A stretch of 63,583 nucleotides of DNA, filler included, from a bacterium (GCA_024278215.1; 5 parts of 5 records of this genome joined end to end with filler, not necessarily neighbours in it), one strand, 5' to 3'. Shown: positions 1 to 11,233, counted from the whole stretch's first letter. Translations and numbers: made by a program. Notes: generated by a model not told the origin, from the letters alone.

Positions 1-945
1 GAAAAAGACACCGACAAATGGGCCGCATACACTACCCTGCACCAGGTGCTCGTGACCTACGCGAAGATGCTCGCTCCCTTCAGCCCGTTTATCGCCGAAT
101 ACCTCTATGAAAAACTTACCGGCAACCTCGACGGCGAACCTCAGAGCGTACACCTGACGGATTACCCCGAACTGGACTACACGCTCATGAACCGCGACCT
201 CGAAGAGGAAATGGAGATCGTCCGCCGGATAGTGAACGAAAGCCGCAGTCTCCGCAGCAGGAAGTCGCTCAAGGTGCGCCAGCCGCTACCCATGCTGTAC
301 ATCAAACGCCCGAAAGCCTCTGTGAAATCACGCGAAACCGCCCTGCCCTTCATCGAACTGATCAAGGAAGAATTGAATGTCGAGGACATCACCCGCCTCG
401 AAAATTTTAAATCGCTCGAAGACGTTACCCTCAAGCCGAACTTCAAAACGCTCGGCCCCAGGCTCGGCAAGGCTATCCGCGATGTAGACGCATATCTCAG
501 GGCTCTCGAAGACCACGAGGAACTCGCGGAAAGATTTTCGCGCGGCAAACCCGTCGAAATCGAGATAAACGGAGAAACATTCAGATTCGAGCAGGGCGAC
601 CTGCTTGTCGAGCGGACGCCGAAAGACTATATCGTCATGGGCGAAACCACTGCGCTGGACACACGCCTGTCCGACGAATTGATAGCATCGGGCCGCGCAC
701 GCGACCTCGTGCACGCCGTCCAGAATATCAGAAAGGAACTCGACCTGGAATACGACGCGCGCATCACGATCAGCTACCGCGGCGACGAGGAAGTCAGGCG
801 GATTTTCAATAGCTTCGCCGATTACATCAAGCGAGAAACGCTTGCCGCGGAAATCACAGCGGAGGCATCTCTGCCTGAAGACCGGGGTGAAGAAATCAAT
901 CTCGGCAACGGCCTCGACTGCCGGATATCTATCGCCGTGCGCTAA
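1..945 (+). CDS. ileS: Isoleucyl-tRNA synthetase, type 2, C-terminal part (5'-truncated by window edge)
   Basis: Frame open from base 1; anticodon-binding LAPFSPFIAEYLY and SVHLTDYP, then IleRS2-type LKVRQPL, IKEELNV, KPNFKTLGPRLGK, GRARDLVHAVQNIRKE. Confidence 0.93.
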   Translation, partial: EKDTDKWAAYTTLHQVLVTYAKMLAPFSPFIAEYLYEKLTGNLDGEPQSVHLTDYPELDYTLMNRDLEEEMEIVRRIVNESRSLRSRKSLKVRQPLPMLYIKRPKASVKSRETALPFIELIKEELNVEDITRLENFKSLEDVTLKPNFKTLGPRLGKAIRDVDAYLRALEDHEELAERFSRGKPVEIEINGETFRFEQGDLLVERTPKDYIVMGETTALDTRLSDELIASGRARDLVHAVQNIRKELDLEYDARITISYRGDEEVRRIFNSFADYIKRETLAAEITAEASLPEDRGEEINLGNGLDCRISIAVR

Positions 946-1128
946 TAAAAGACTGCCCGCCGCCATAAATTCCGGCGAGACAGCACAACAATTTCAGTAT
1001 GGAATTTTCAGATTCCGATCTGCTTCTCGGATACATTGCGCAACCTTTTTCTTTACATTTTGCAAAATTGACACTAATATTATGGATATTAAACCAAAAG
1101 ATGAAATTATCATTAGCTGGGGAGAGCG

Positions 1129-1623
1129 ATGCGAGGAAAACCATTATTACTCATAACAGCCATACTCCTTGTTTTTGCGGCGGGGCTTATGTCCGGTTGT
1201 ACAAAAACGCCTCTTGATACACTCAGACAACAGGTGCGCAAGAAACCGAATGATCCCAGTGCGCACAATAATCTTGCCTACCATCTCACTGAATTGAAAA
1301 GGTATCAGGAAGCTCTGGACGAATACAACAAGTCGCTCGAGTTGCGCCCGGATGATTTTCTGGCGAAAAACAACAAGGGCCATATCCTGTTCCTGATGGG
1401 CCGCTATGAAGACGCCATTGCAATCTTCAAGGAATTGCTGAAGACCTACCCGAACCGCGGAGACGTCTTGGCAAACCTCGCTGTCTGCTACCACAGCATG
1501 GGTAACCTTCAGGAAGCTAAAATTTACTATGAAAAAGCACTCAAGATAAGCCCCAAGCACAAGCCGGCACGCGAAGGTTATGAAAAACTCAAGCAGGACC
1601 TCGCCCGGGAAAAGAAGAAATGA
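1129..1623 (+). CDS. TPR-repeat lipoprotein
   Basis: Signal peptide with lipobox LMSGC; about 3 TPR units (AHNNLAY, AKNNKGHIL, VLANLAVCY); GGAGAG RBS. Confidence 0.85.
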   Translation: MRGKPLLLITAILLVFAAGLMSGCTKTPLDTLRQQVRKKPNDPSAHNNLAYHLTELKRYQEALDEYNKSLELRPDDFLAKNNKGHILFLMGRYEDAIAIFKELLKTYPNRGDVLANLAVCYHSMGNLQEAKIYYEKALKISPKHKPAREGYEKLKQDLAREKKK

Positions 1624-1768
1624 AGACAGTACCGTTCCGGTAAGAAACAACACTTCCCGTCACCAACGGCCAATCCTCTGACATCCTGCCCCCTGAATTC
1701 CGGGGTTCAGCCCGCAATGGCAGGGTTGCTTATTTCATAACATCTGAACCTCTTGAAAAAGCATGTTC

Positions 1769-1797
1769 TACCCCGCATTGGTGAAATATGCGGGATA
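1769..1797. repeat. 29-bp palindromic REP-like repeat, family A, copy 1
   Basis: taccccgcattggtgaaatatgcgggata; near-identical to 8557, 14498 and 52185. Confidence 0.85.
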
Positions 1798-2015
1798 AAA
1801 ACCGTTTTCACGAAAAACATGATCATGCGAGGTACGGTGACCCGCCCTTGCGCATTTGCAAGTGTGACATGATATTGGTGAAACATAGGCAACAGGGGCA
1901 TTCCGGGCCGCGCGCCGGAGTTCATGGAGAAAGGATGTCGGGGGTGACTATCAGAATAAGGTGGATTTGCACCTTAACTAAGCAGTATAGCCATATTTCA
2001 TGTTTATCAAACAAC

Positions 2016-2954
2016 TCACGGTTCGACGGTTTGCGGGTTGATGCGCGTGGGTTTGCCGTGCAGGAGTTTATCACCGATCAGGTCTTCTTCCGACTCGTCG
2101 TTTTTTATCTTGCTCATGCCGCCCTTGACGAGTATCTTCATGCCGCCTTTCTGGAAACCGTGTTCGTCGACAATAGGCACTGTGCCGTAGTCGCGCACGA
2201 GTTTCGGACTCCGGATATCGGCTTCTTCGCGGAGCATGGCGGTGAAGACACTGTCGGGGTAGTACTTCTGTATGTAGTCGGTATAGAGAACCTGTTTGTC
2301 AGGTTTGTTGAGCAGTCCGTAGGCCCTGATTATCTGGTAGATGAGTTTATCGTTGTCGGGTGATTGTGGGTCGAGCTTGATGGCTTTCTGGTTCCATTTG
2401 ATGGAGTGTTCGTACCACGCTTTTTTGAAGTAGGCGTCTGCGAGCCTGAGCATGGCGATGCGATGTTCGGGACGATCTTTTAGGATAGCGAGCTGGTTGT
2501 TTATAATCTTGTCGTAGTCGACTTTTATTTCAGCGGGAGCACGCCATTTCTTTTTCATGATATTCGGGAGCTTTTCCGACGACCGGCGTTCGATATCGAT
2601 TACCTGCCGCACTCTTGAACCGGAGTCGCGCTCTGCGGCGGAAATCTCAGCGAGCATCTGGTATGCGCATAAATCGCCGACACGGGCAGTCCTGCCCGGT
2701 TCGGTTTTCGACATGGCGGCTGTCGAACTTGCGGGGCCGACTTCTGTGATGTGGGCCAGGCCGATCTTCGTGCCCTGGCGCTGCACTACGAGGATGTCGC
2801 CCTGCTCGAACCCCTGGTTCATGCCTGCGTCGAGGACCAGTGAACCGTCGATTCTGATGCTCGATATCTTCGCTGTCTGGATATCCTGGGCACCCGTATA
2901 AGCAGCGCAGAGAATGAAACCCAACAGAACCGCAAATGTAATTGTTTTTCTCAT
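2016..2954 (-). CDS. Secreted protein with N-terminal FlgT_C-like beta domain and TPR
   Basis: Signal peptide MRKTITFAVLLGFILCAAYTGA; LDAGMNQGFEQGD..IG..ITEV pattern; TPR LRLADAYFKKAWY; alternative start 2972. Confidence 0.65.
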   Translation of the reverse strand: MRKTITFAVLLGFILCAAYTGAQDIQTAKISSIRIDGSLVLDAGMNQGFEQGDILVVQRQGTKIGLAHITEVGPASSTAAMSKTEPGRTARVGDLCAYQMLAEISAAERDSGSRVRQVIDIERRSSEKLPNIMKKKWRAPAEIKVDYDKIINNQLAILKDRPEHRIAMLRLADAYFKKAWYEHSIKWNQKAIKLDPQSPDNDKLIYQIIRAYGLLNKPDKQVLYTDYIQKYYPDSVFTAMLREEADIRSPKLVRDYGTVPIVDEHGFQKGGMKILVKGGMSKIKNDESEEDLIGDKLLHGKPTRINPQTVEP

Positions 2955-3367
2955 AATGTGGTTTTCTACCATTTAGAAGTTCCGTCCTGCCGTAACTTTT
3001 CTTTCTTCCAAAGAAATAACTCAAGACGGTTAATAATTTTTCACGAATCAATTATATGATATTAGCAAAAAAAAAGCTACCCCGAATTTTTCGTTTAATT
3101 GCAAAAGAATATTGCGGACTTTAGTCCGTGGTTGAAATGGATTCCCGCGGCTATGACAAGAAGCCATAAAGAAAACATGACGAAGCACATGCGCACTTTC
3201 ACGGAAATGACGGCCATTCGTCGCTTGTGACACGACTTTCCCCGAAAATAGAGTTATAATGTGTTTTACAACTCAGAATAATATAACGGATCGCGGGCAC
3301 ACAGGTTATTGCTTTGAAATAGAGAAGTGTCGCCTAAGATTCGGCGGCGACCGGTCAGGAGCGGATC

Positions 3368-4606
3368 GTGGGCAAAAAGAAAACTGAAGCGAAAACTTCC
3401 ACAAGAATCGTTCTCAATATTGACATCAACGCGGCGGTGATGGGATTCGAATCGGCCAAAACGCCGACAAAAGCACATCGAAAGATAATGAAGAATTATT
3501 CGTCGGTGCTGATTCTCGGGCCGCCGCCGGGCGACGACCTGCTCGAACTGACGACACACATGTTCACGGACGAGGAAGCGATGGTAGCGCAGCACCTGCC
3601 CGCTCTGTGGCCGCGCACTGCCGCACAGGCCGCACGCAGATGCGGCATGTCCGCCTCTCGCGCCACTTCCATTCTCGACCATCTCGCCGACAACAAGCAT
3701 GTTATTTTTGCTTTCGGAACACCTCGTAAATATACTATCCTTCCCCTTGTACCCGGCACATTCGAGCTGGCTGTCATGTCGCCCGACCTCACACGCACCA
3801 ACGCATGGCACAAAAGATTCGCCGAACTTTTCGAAAAAATATGGGACTCGTCATATATGAAAGACTACGTTGTCGACGCGCCCCTGGTGAGATACCTCCC
3901 CGTGCCCGGCAGCCTGTCCACTCTCCAATCGGCCTGGCCGACGGATATGCTCGAGGAGATACTCGAACCTTACGACACTTTCGGTATCGCACATTGCCAG
4001 TGCCGCCTTGTCACTGAACTTGCAGGCAGGGGGTGCGGCAAACCGACTGAGAACTGTGTCGGCATCGGCACCATGGCTCAGCCCCTTATCGACCGCGGCC
4101 TCATGCGACCGGCGGACAAAGAGGAAGTCATCGAGGCCAAACGCAATGCTGAAAAACACGGCTGCGTCACATGGATGATGAACAGCAAAGACAGCAGCCA
4201 GGGGAACATCAGTTGTTCGTGTTGCGGTTGCTGCTGCCACGGATTGCGCATAATAAACGATTTCAGCGCGCCGGGCCTTATCAGCAAACCGCATTTCATG
4301 CCGCACAGGGACGAAACCATGTGCAACGACTGCGGCAAATGTGCGCGGATATGCCCTATGAACGCCTGGCAGGAAGTCGCGGCCGCCGGAGAAAAGAGCA
4401 GAGGCGCAAAGTATCAGTTCGACTCCGAACGCTGCATCGGTTGCGGACTCTGTGTTTCCAACTGCAAACCCGGCGCGCTGGAACTCATGCCTGTGCCCGA
4501 TGCCGGGCAGCCCGAGAAGAACTATAACATGCTGCTGCTTAAAAACACACCGGCGTTTCTCTCTAACGCTTTCAAAATATGGCTGCGGCGCACTGTGGGT
4601 GTTTAG
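3368..4606 (+). CDS. 4Fe-4S dicluster-domain protein
   Basis: CQCR, CSCCGCCC, CNDCGKCARICP and CIGCGLCVSNCK motifs. Confidence 0.85.
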   Translation: MGKKKTEAKTSTRIVLNIDINAAVMGFESAKTPTKAHRKIMKNYSSVLILGPPPGDDLLELTTHMFTDEEAMVAQHLPALWPRTAAQAARRCGMSASRATSILDHLADNKHVIFAFGTPRKYTILPLVPGTFELAVMSPDLTRTNAWHKRFAELFEKIWDSSYMKDYVVDAPLVRYLPVPGSLSTLQSAWPTDMLEEILEPYDTFGIAHCQCRLVTELAGRGCGKPTENCVGIGTMAQPLIDRGLMRPADKEEVIEAKRNAEKHGCVTWMMNSKDSSQGNISCSCCGCCCHGLRIINDFSAPGLISKPHFMPHRDETMCNDCGKCARICPMNAWQEVAAAGEKSRGAKYQFDSERCIGCGLCVSNCKPGALELMPVPDAGQPEKNYNMLLLKNTPAFLSNAFKIWLRRTVGV

Positions 4607-4649
4607 GCGCTTCAGGGCGATTTAGCAACAGTGCGGAAGAACGTGAAAA

Positions 4650-5696
4650 ATGATGAAAAAAAACATATTGTATCTTTCGGTGATTATGCTTATATTGTCA
4701 CAGGTTGCCGCCCGTGCCGCTGATTCCTATGGCGACTATCCCACTTACGATGAAATGTTTGCTGAAATATACAAACTGGAAAAGGAAAACCCCGATTGGG
4801 TCGAGATCGGCGAATACGGACAAAGTGTGCAGGACAGGCCGCTCGTGTATGTGCATATAATGAAACCGGGCGGCGAAAACCTGCCGGAAGCAATGATCGC
4901 CGCAAATATACACGGCAACGAATGGATCGGAAATCGCTTGGCGATAGCCGTCGCACACAGGCTCGTAGAAAACAGGGAGTCCGACCCCTGGATCGCTTCC
5001 CTGCTCGATAAAATGCAGTTCTATGTGCTCCCATGCCTGAATCCCGACGGCTACTACAAGACCTGGGAGAGAAGAAACGACATAGATGCCGACTGGAAGG
5101 AAAGCCGGAAAAACGCGCACGGTGTGGACATCAACCGCAACTTCCCGCTTCCCGGCGCGCGCACTGTAAACATCAGCATGGCCGGAAGCGACGACCCGGA
5201 TTCCGAGCGCTACACCGGTCCGCACCCATACTCTGAACCCGAGTCTGCCGCAATTCGCGACTTCGTCGCCGCGCACAATATCTTTGCGTCAATCGACATA
5301 CACAGCAACTGGGGCACGTTCTTCCCGCCGAAGTGCAACGGGAGCGCGTGCGAGAAAAGATTCAAAAAAATGATGAAGGCTGCAAGCGACAAGCAGCCGC
5401 ACAGCAAATATCCCACCGTCGCACAGTGGCAGGTCGATTCCTTCAGCGGTGAGATGGAAGACGAACTGTTCTACTCCTATGGCGTCATGGCGGTCTGCTG
5501 GGAAGTTTTCCCTATGAAATTTGCCGCCGAGCAGAAGAAACGGCTGAAACATTCGTTTTGGGGCGGCAATCCTGAGAACATAGCCTACTGGGTGGAGAAC
5601 GACCGCGACGCCGTGCTTGCCGCTCTCGAAGCAGCCCTCAATATTACCGGCGGCAAACCTGTGCCGGAAAAATACAGAAAAGTAAAATTGCATTAG
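4650..5696 (+). CDS. Secreted zinc carboxypeptidase, family M14
   Basis: Signal peptide; HGNE, NPDG, RKN, DINRNF, SEPE, DIHS and catalytic E in CWEV. Confidence 0.9.
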   Translation: MMKKNILYLSVIMLILSQVAARAADSYGDYPTYDEMFAEIYKLEKENPDWVEIGEYGQSVQDRPLVYVHIMKPGGENLPEAMIAANIHGNEWIGNRLAIAVAHRLVENRESDPWIASLLDKMQFYVLPCLNPDGYYKTWERRNDIDADWKESRKNAHGVDINRNFPLPGARTVNISMAGSDDPDSERYTGPHPYSEPESAAIRDFVAAHNIFASIDIHSNWGTFFPPKCNGSACEKRFKKMMKAASDKQPHSKYPTVAQWQVDSFSGEMEDELFYSYGVMAVCWEVFPMKFAAEQKKRLKHSFWGGNPENIAYWVENDRDAVLAALEAALNITGGKPVPEKYRKVKLH

Positions 5697-5826
5697 GGCG
5701 GATTTCTCACAAAGGAATCAGGAAAATCATGAGAACGTCCAGTCTGTACGTTCCGTGTCTGAGCCCCGTACCGAGTGAAAAACGAATAAAATCATTATGA
5801 GATAGTGTCGTGTCAACCAAGCTGCG

Positions 5827-7350
5827 CTACAACTCACATTTCAGCATTTTCGGGAATGCGCAGTTGGAGCAATCGCGTATGTTCTCGTCGCAGAAGTCGA
5901 AGAATATCTGGATGAGCCCCTGCTGGCCCGATTCGCCCGGAATAAGTTTTGTGTTTCCTTTTGTGTTGCCCCACAGGCGATAGTTCATTATTTTCGTTAT
6001 CTGGTTTGCGCCCAGTTTCGGGAATACGGAGAAAAGGATAGTGAGCCGGTCCTGCAACAAAGTGTCTCTGTCGAGGCGTGCGGCGGCAAGGAGCAGCGGA
6101 AGAACAATATTAATGATAAGTGTCTGCGCAAGGCTTTTGCCTATCAGGGACGGTACCTTATCGAGCACCTTGCCGGCGGGCGTAATATGCGACGCCCAGT
6201 ATCCTTCGCCCTCCTGGATAAATGCCGCGTAAAGTGCGTCCAGTGTGCTTTTCATCGCCCTGACGTCGGAACATTCTTTAAGTTTCTCCGCGAATGAAGA
6301 CACAGCACCGATTATATCCGCGCCATCGCCTGCCGCCATCATCTGCGCGAGGCCCGCCACTCTTCTTGCCGGGAAGTTTGCGGGTCTGACGCCACGCAGG
6401 GTCCAGTCTTTTTTCCGCAACCTGTCGGAAAGATCGATTCTGTTTTCGTGCTGCTCCCAGTGCACGGCAAGCGACTCGCAATACTCGCGTGTCTCTTCAT
6501 CCCACAGGTCGATCTCGATGTCCGAGAAAAGCCCCGAAGCGCCGAAGTAGAGCGCTTGCAGGGCAACAACACGCTCCAGCGGCGGCGCGGATTTCACCAC
6601 TTTTCGCGCCGTCGACAGGGGCACGGCGACGGCGAGTTTGCGAAACGGCACCTTGTTTCTTCTATAGCCGAGTCCCTCGAGGACGCCTGCGTAAAGAACA
6701 TCCCGAAACTTTCTGTTCGTCAGTTCTCTTTTGAACTTCAGCGATTTGACGAAGAACCGCTCTCTGGCCGCCATTTCGATAAGCTGCTTTGCGCGTGCGT
6801 TGTCAGCCGCCGCCGCGAGGCTGCATTCGCCGATCCGGCTGTCGCTGTTGAAAGGATAGTTCTCCATGTCGATCATCCCATTGAGTGTCGGGATGTCGTA
6901 GAGCAGGCACGACGACAACAGCAACTCGGGCGCTTTCGTTCCGTCGGCCAGCGACACACTTGTTTCGCCGGTGTCGTTCCACATGCACACATGGAGGATA
7001 ACGCTGTCGTACTCGCTGTTCCTGTGGTGCCCGTGCCGCTTCCAGTCGCCACTTCGCACATGTATTTCGACATCGCCCCGAACCGGGTCTTCGTTGTCGA
7101 ATTGTATCAGCGCGGCCATGAAGTCGGGACCTGCCGTGAGGTTCCAGTCGCCCTGTGAAAACACCTTCACGTGCCGACCGTCCATCGTTTTCATCAACTT
7201 CCTGTCCAGAAGCTGGTCGTACCATACGCACTTGATCAGCCGCTCGGGCAGGCTGACCATTTTTTCCGTCACATAGCCCACGCCCCCCGCCTCATGAAGC
7301 AGCAGAAACTGTTCTTTCAGCTCGTTGTAACTTTTATCTATGCTCGTCAC
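5827..7350 (-). CDS. DUF2851 family protein
   Basis: GPDF, GDVEIH..DW..HGH, YD.VILHV, RPANFP.RR.A, C-terminal QQGLIQ..DFC...C..C. Confidence 0.85.
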   Translation of the reverse strand: MTSIDKSYNELKEQFLLLHEAGGVGYVTEKMVSLPERLIKCVWYDQLLDRKLMKTMDGRHVKVFSQGDWNLTAGPDFMAALIQFDNEDPVRGDVEIHVRSGDWKRHGHHRNSEYDSVILHVCMWNDTGETSVSLADGTKAPELLLSSCLLYDIPTLNGMIDMENYPFNSDSRIGECSLAAAADNARAKQLIEMAARERFFVKSLKFKRELTNRKFRDVLYAGVLEGLGYRRNKVPFRKLAVAVPLSTARKVVKSAPPLERVVALQALYFGASGLFSDIEIDLWDEETREYCESLAVHWEQHENRIDLSDRLRKKDWTLRGVRPANFPARRVAGLAQMMAAGDGADIIGAVSSFAEKLKECSDVRAMKSTLDALYAAFIQEGEGYWASHITPAGKVLDKVPSLIGKSLAQTLIINIVLPLLLAAARLDRDTLLQDRLTILFSVFPKLGANQITKIMNYRLWGNTKGNTKLIPGESGQQGLIQIFFDFCDENIRDCSNCAFPKMLKCEL

Positions 7351-7403
7351 GTTTTACCAGACCTCTTCGCCTCGACCGTGAAAGACGGGAAAACCGGATA
7401 CAG

Positions 7404-8495
7404 TCAGACATTGAATCTGAAAGTGATTATGTCGCCATCGTTGACGATGTATTCTTTGCCTTCGAGCCGGAACTTTCCGGCATCTTTCACCGCCTGCATA
7501 CTGCCGAGTTCTTTTAGTGTTTCAAAGGTGATAACTTCCGCGCGGATAAAGCCGCGGGCGATGTCCGAGTGGATTTTTCCGGCGGCCTCGACCGCGTTTG
7601 CGCCCTTCTCGAGCGCCCATGCGTGAACATCTGTCTTGCTGCTACCCGTATAGAAGTTTATCAGGCCAACAAGCTGATAAGTCCGGCGAATTACGTAAGA
7701 GGCGGCCGGTTCGCTGATGCCTGCGTCGGAGAGGAACTCGACCTGCTCTTCGGGGTCGAGTTGTGAAATCTCCGCTTCGAGTTTGCCGGCGAGTTCCAGC
7801 GCGGGCATACGCTCGGAGAGGATGCCGTCGAGTTTGTCCGCCTCGCCGCCGCCGAGTTGCGCTTCAGAAACATTAACAAGCACAAGCAGCGGTTTTATCG
7901 TCAGCAGTCCATAGCTGCGCGTGAGTTTTTCTTCCTTCTCTTCCATGCGCAGGGGGATTTCGATGTCGTCGCGTTGCAGCATCTCGTTTATATTTTCCAT
8001 CACCAGCAATTCCTTCTGCAGGCGGGCGCGTTCTTCTTTCGAGCACCTCTTTGTCGATTCATTTATGCGCGCGATGCGGTTTTCGACGACTTTCATGTCG
8101 GCGAATTTCAGTTCGAGCAGCAGGTTTTCGATGTCCGCCGCCGGGTCGATCCTGTTGTCGGGATGCGGCACGGACCCGTCGTCGAAGGCTCTCACGACGA
8201 GCAGGAGCGCGTCGCAGTTTCGCATGTCGGCGATATGCTTGTCGGAAAAGCCGCTGCCGCCGTCGCTTTTCTGCGACATGGCGAAGTCCAGATATTTGAG
8301 TTCGGAATGAACTTTTTTGGGCGGCTTGTGGAGGTCGAAAAGGAAGTCCAGCCTGGGGTCGGGCACCTTCACAACGGCCACGTTGATTTCATCGCCGCTT
8401 CCGGTATAAGCCGCTGTGGCGATGTCGGCGCCGGTGAGCGCGTTGAAAACAGTCGTTTTTCCTGAATTCGGCAGTCCTACTATTCCTATGTCCAT
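7404..8495 (-). CDS. ychF: Ribosome-binding P-loop ATPase YchF
   Basis: MDIGIVGLPNSGKTTVFNALT, AAGKIHSDIARGFIRAEV, RLEGKEYIVNDGDIITFRFNV; start set at the MDIG ATG. Confidence 0.93.
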   Translation of the reverse strand: MDIGIVGLPNSGKTTVFNALTGADIATAAYTGSGDEINVAVVKVPDPRLDFLFDLHKPPKKVHSELKYLDFAMSQKSDGGSGFSDKHIADMRNCDALLLVVRAFDDGSVPHPDNRIDPAADIENLLLELKFADMKVVENRIARINESTKRCSKEERARLQKELLVMENINEMLQRDDIEIPLRMEEKEEKLTRSYGLLTIKPLLVLVNVSEAQLGGGEADKLDGILSERMPALELAGKLEAEISQLDPEEQVEFLSDAGISEPAASYVIRRTYQLVGLINFYTGSSKTDVHAWALEKGANAVEAAGKIHSDIARGFIRAEVITFETLKELGSMQAVKDAGKFRLEGKEYIVNDGDIITFRFNV

Positions 8496-8556
8496 ATTCC
8501 TGTTGTCCCCGCTTTTGTGATTGATGCTTCCAGTATTTTGCTTTGATTCATCAGTA

Positions 8557-8587
8557 TAGCCCGCATATTTCACCCCAATGCGGATCA
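8557..8587. repeat. Palindromic repeat family A, copy 2 (degenerate)
   Basis: tagcccgcatatttcaccccaatgcggatca. Confidence 0.75.
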
Positions 8588-8761
8588 AAAATCGCTATGC
8601 GGCATTTTAGCCCCGCATGACGGTAATTACAAATATGCGCTGCACGCGGCACGCGCATAAATTTCAGCCCGTCACATGAATATGTCGCTGCAATAGAGTA
8701 AAATCAGTTGGACATAAAGGTTATCGTGTATTCTTAGTCATGAAGAGAGGAACAAACCCGG

Positions 8762-11041
8762 TTGGTCGATTTGTACGTATCGGTAACACCGCTCCTTGTG
8801 CCTGTAAACAAGGCCTTCGACTATGCGGTGCCCGAAAAACTGCGCGGTGGTGTCACGCTCGGCTCGATGGTCGTCGTGCCGTTCGGCAAGCGGAAGATAT
8901 TCGGTATAGTCGTAAGAGTTGCCGACAGCACGAAGATCGCCGCTTCCGCCATAAAACCCGTCGAGGACATTGTCGACGACTTCAAGCGGGTGCCTCAGGA
9001 CCTGATGCGCCTGTGCCTCTGGATATCGCGCATGTACCTTTGTCCGCTGAACACAGTGCTTGAAACCGTGTTCCCGTTTCACCGCAGGATGAGCCGCTAC
9101 GGGATCGACAAGCGTGCGTTTCATCGCTTGCGCGAAAAGACCGTATTGGAAAAGAATGTTGCCCTGTCGGAGAGAGCTCTGGCGGAGGCGCTCGAGGACG
9201 ATTTCGCGAAATACAGAAAAGCGCCGGTACAGCGCCGCCTGCTGAGCACACTTGCCCGCGAGGGCGGCCACCTGACGGCCCGCCGCGCGAACCGGCTGGC
9301 AGGCTCGTCGATGCAGACGGTGAAAGCACTCGAGAAAAAGGGGCTGCTCCATGTCGATTACCTGCCGCGGGCTATGTCTCCGGCGGGCGAGGCCGGCATC
9401 GCCGAAAAGCACCACATTCTGATACCCGAACAGCAGGCGGCTTTCGACCGCATCGCGCGTGCTATGGAAGACAGGCGGCACGAGATATATCTGCTGCACG
9501 GCATCACGGGAAGCGGCAAGACGGAAGTATACATGCACGCGGTGCGCAGGTGCATCGAACTGGGCCGCAGGGTCATAATACTTGTGCCTGAAATCGCGCT
9601 GGCGACACAGATCATTTCACGTTTCCTGAGGCGTTTTCTCGGTCGCGTCGCCGTGTGGCACAGCAAACTGTCGATGACTGAACGGCTGTACGAATGGATG
9701 CGCATCAGCACGGGCGAGATCGACATCGTCATCGGTGCGCGGTCGGCCATATTCGCACCGATGGAAAACATCGGCATGATAGTAGTCGACGAAGAGCACG
9801 AACCGGCCTACAAGCAGGAGAGCGCACCACGCTACCATGCCCGCGAAACAGCCGTCCGGCGCGGCAAACTGCTGGGCTGCCCCGTCGTGCTCGGCAGCGC
9901 TACGCCTTCGCTCGAATCGATGTACCACGCGCGGGAGAAAAAGTATAAATACATGTTCCTCACCAGCCGCATCGGCGCAAGCGAATTGCCGGAAATCACC
10001 ATCATCGACATGAGGAAGCAGAAAACGAAACGCACGACATCCACGTTCAGTCCGCCTATGGTCGAAGCTATCAGGGCGAATATCGAAAAAGGCGAACAGA
10101 CGATGGTGTTCCTCAATCATCGCGGCTACTCGCAATACCTGCAATGCTTCACATGCGGCAACACGATCACGTGCAACGACTGCTCCGTGTCGATGAAATA
10201 TCACAAAGCGGCGAACATACTCTTATGCCACATGTGCGGCTACAGGGCGGAAGTGCCGGAGCGATGCCCCGAATGCAACAGCCGCGCACTGCGACGTTAC
10301 GGGATCGGCACGGAACGGATATACAACCAGCTTCGGCGCGCGTTCAAAGAGGCGCGCATCGAGCGAATGGACCGCGACACGACATCCAGAAAAGGCGAAT
10401 ATCAGCGGATAATCGAGGCGTGCGAGAGTGGCGAGGTGGACATACTCGTCGGCACGCAGATGATCGCAAAAGGCCTGGATTTCGCCGGTGTCACGCTCGT
10501 ATGCGTCATTTCCGCCGACGGCATGATCAACATGCCCGACTTCCGCTCTTCCGAGCGCACATATCAACTGCTCACACAGGTCGCGGGCCGCGCGGGCCGC
10601 AGGTCCGAACCCGGTCGTGTGCTCGTGCAGACACTCATGCCCAGCCACATCGCCGTCCGCTCCGCCTGCAACCACGACCCCGACACTTTCTACGAATCCG
10701 AGCTCGCGATGCGCAAAGAAGCGCTCTATCCGCCTTTTACTTTCATCATAAATTTCCTGTCGATGAGCGAAGACGAACAGAAGGCGTTCGCCGCCGCCTC
10801 GCTGCTTTCCGATAAACTCCAGGCGGCGATAAAGAAAAACAATTCGGATAAATACTTTGGAATACTGGGTCCCGCACCGGCCTATTTTTTCAAGCTGAGC
10901 GGCAGATACCGCTACATGCTTTTCCTGCGCGGCACCTCGATAAGAGAAATGCACTCGGTAACAAACGCAGCGATAGCCGACATGCCCGCCGAGACACAAA
11001 AACTCATCACCGTCGATGTCCATCCCCAGAATATGCTGTAA
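8762..11041 (+). CDS. priA: Primosomal protein N' helicase
   Basis: LLHGITGSGKTEVY, VDEEHE, GSATPS, four CxxC pairs, GTQMIAKGLDF, QVAGRAGR. Confidence 0.97.
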   Translation: MVDLYVSVTPLLVPVNKAFDYAVPEKLRGGVTLGSMVVVPFGKRKIFGIVVRVADSTKIAASAIKPVEDIVDDFKRVPQDLMRLCLWISRMYLCPLNTVLETVFPFHRRMSRYGIDKRAFHRLREKTVLEKNVALSERALAEALEDDFAKYRKAPVQRRLLSTLAREGGHLTARRANRLAGSSMQTVKALEKKGLLHVDYLPRAMSPAGEAGIAEKHHILIPEQQAAFDRIARAMEDRRHEIYLLHGITGSGKTEVYMHAVRRCIELGRRVIILVPEIALATQIISRFLRRFLGRVAVWHSKLSMTERLYEWMRISTGEIDIVIGARSAIFAPMENIGMIVVDEEHEPAYKQESAPRYHARETAVRRGKLLGCPVVLGSATPSLESMYHAREKKYKYMFLTSRIGASELPEITIIDMRKQKTKRTTSTFSPPMVEAIRANIEKGEQTMVFLNHRGYSQYLQCFTCGNTITCNDCSVSMKYHKAANILLCHMCGYRAEVPERCPECNSRALRRYGIGTERIYNQLRRAFKEARIERMDRDTTSRKGEYQRIIEACESGEVDILVGTQMIAKGLDFAGVTLVCVISADGMINMPDFRSSERTYQLLTQVAGRAGRRSEPGRVLVQTLMPSHIAVRSACNHDPDTFYESELAMRKEALYPPFTFIINFLSMSEDEQKAFAAASLLSDKLQAAIKKNNSDKYFGILGPAPAYFFKLSGRYRYMLFLRGTSIREMHSVTNAAIADMPAETQKLITVDVHPQNML

Positions 11042-11233
11042 AATTACCGGTTATTGGCCTCTCTGACGCTCGTATGCAACGACATATTGTCGCTTACGGC
11101 ATAATAAGGGCTTGAATATGTCCCGACTATCCACCCACGGCGGGAGCCGGAATGCAAATGCCTCTTTCGTAATTGACAATCAATCTGAAGGCAATAATAG
11201 TATATTCGTACAATTCAAAAGAGACCGGACGAT

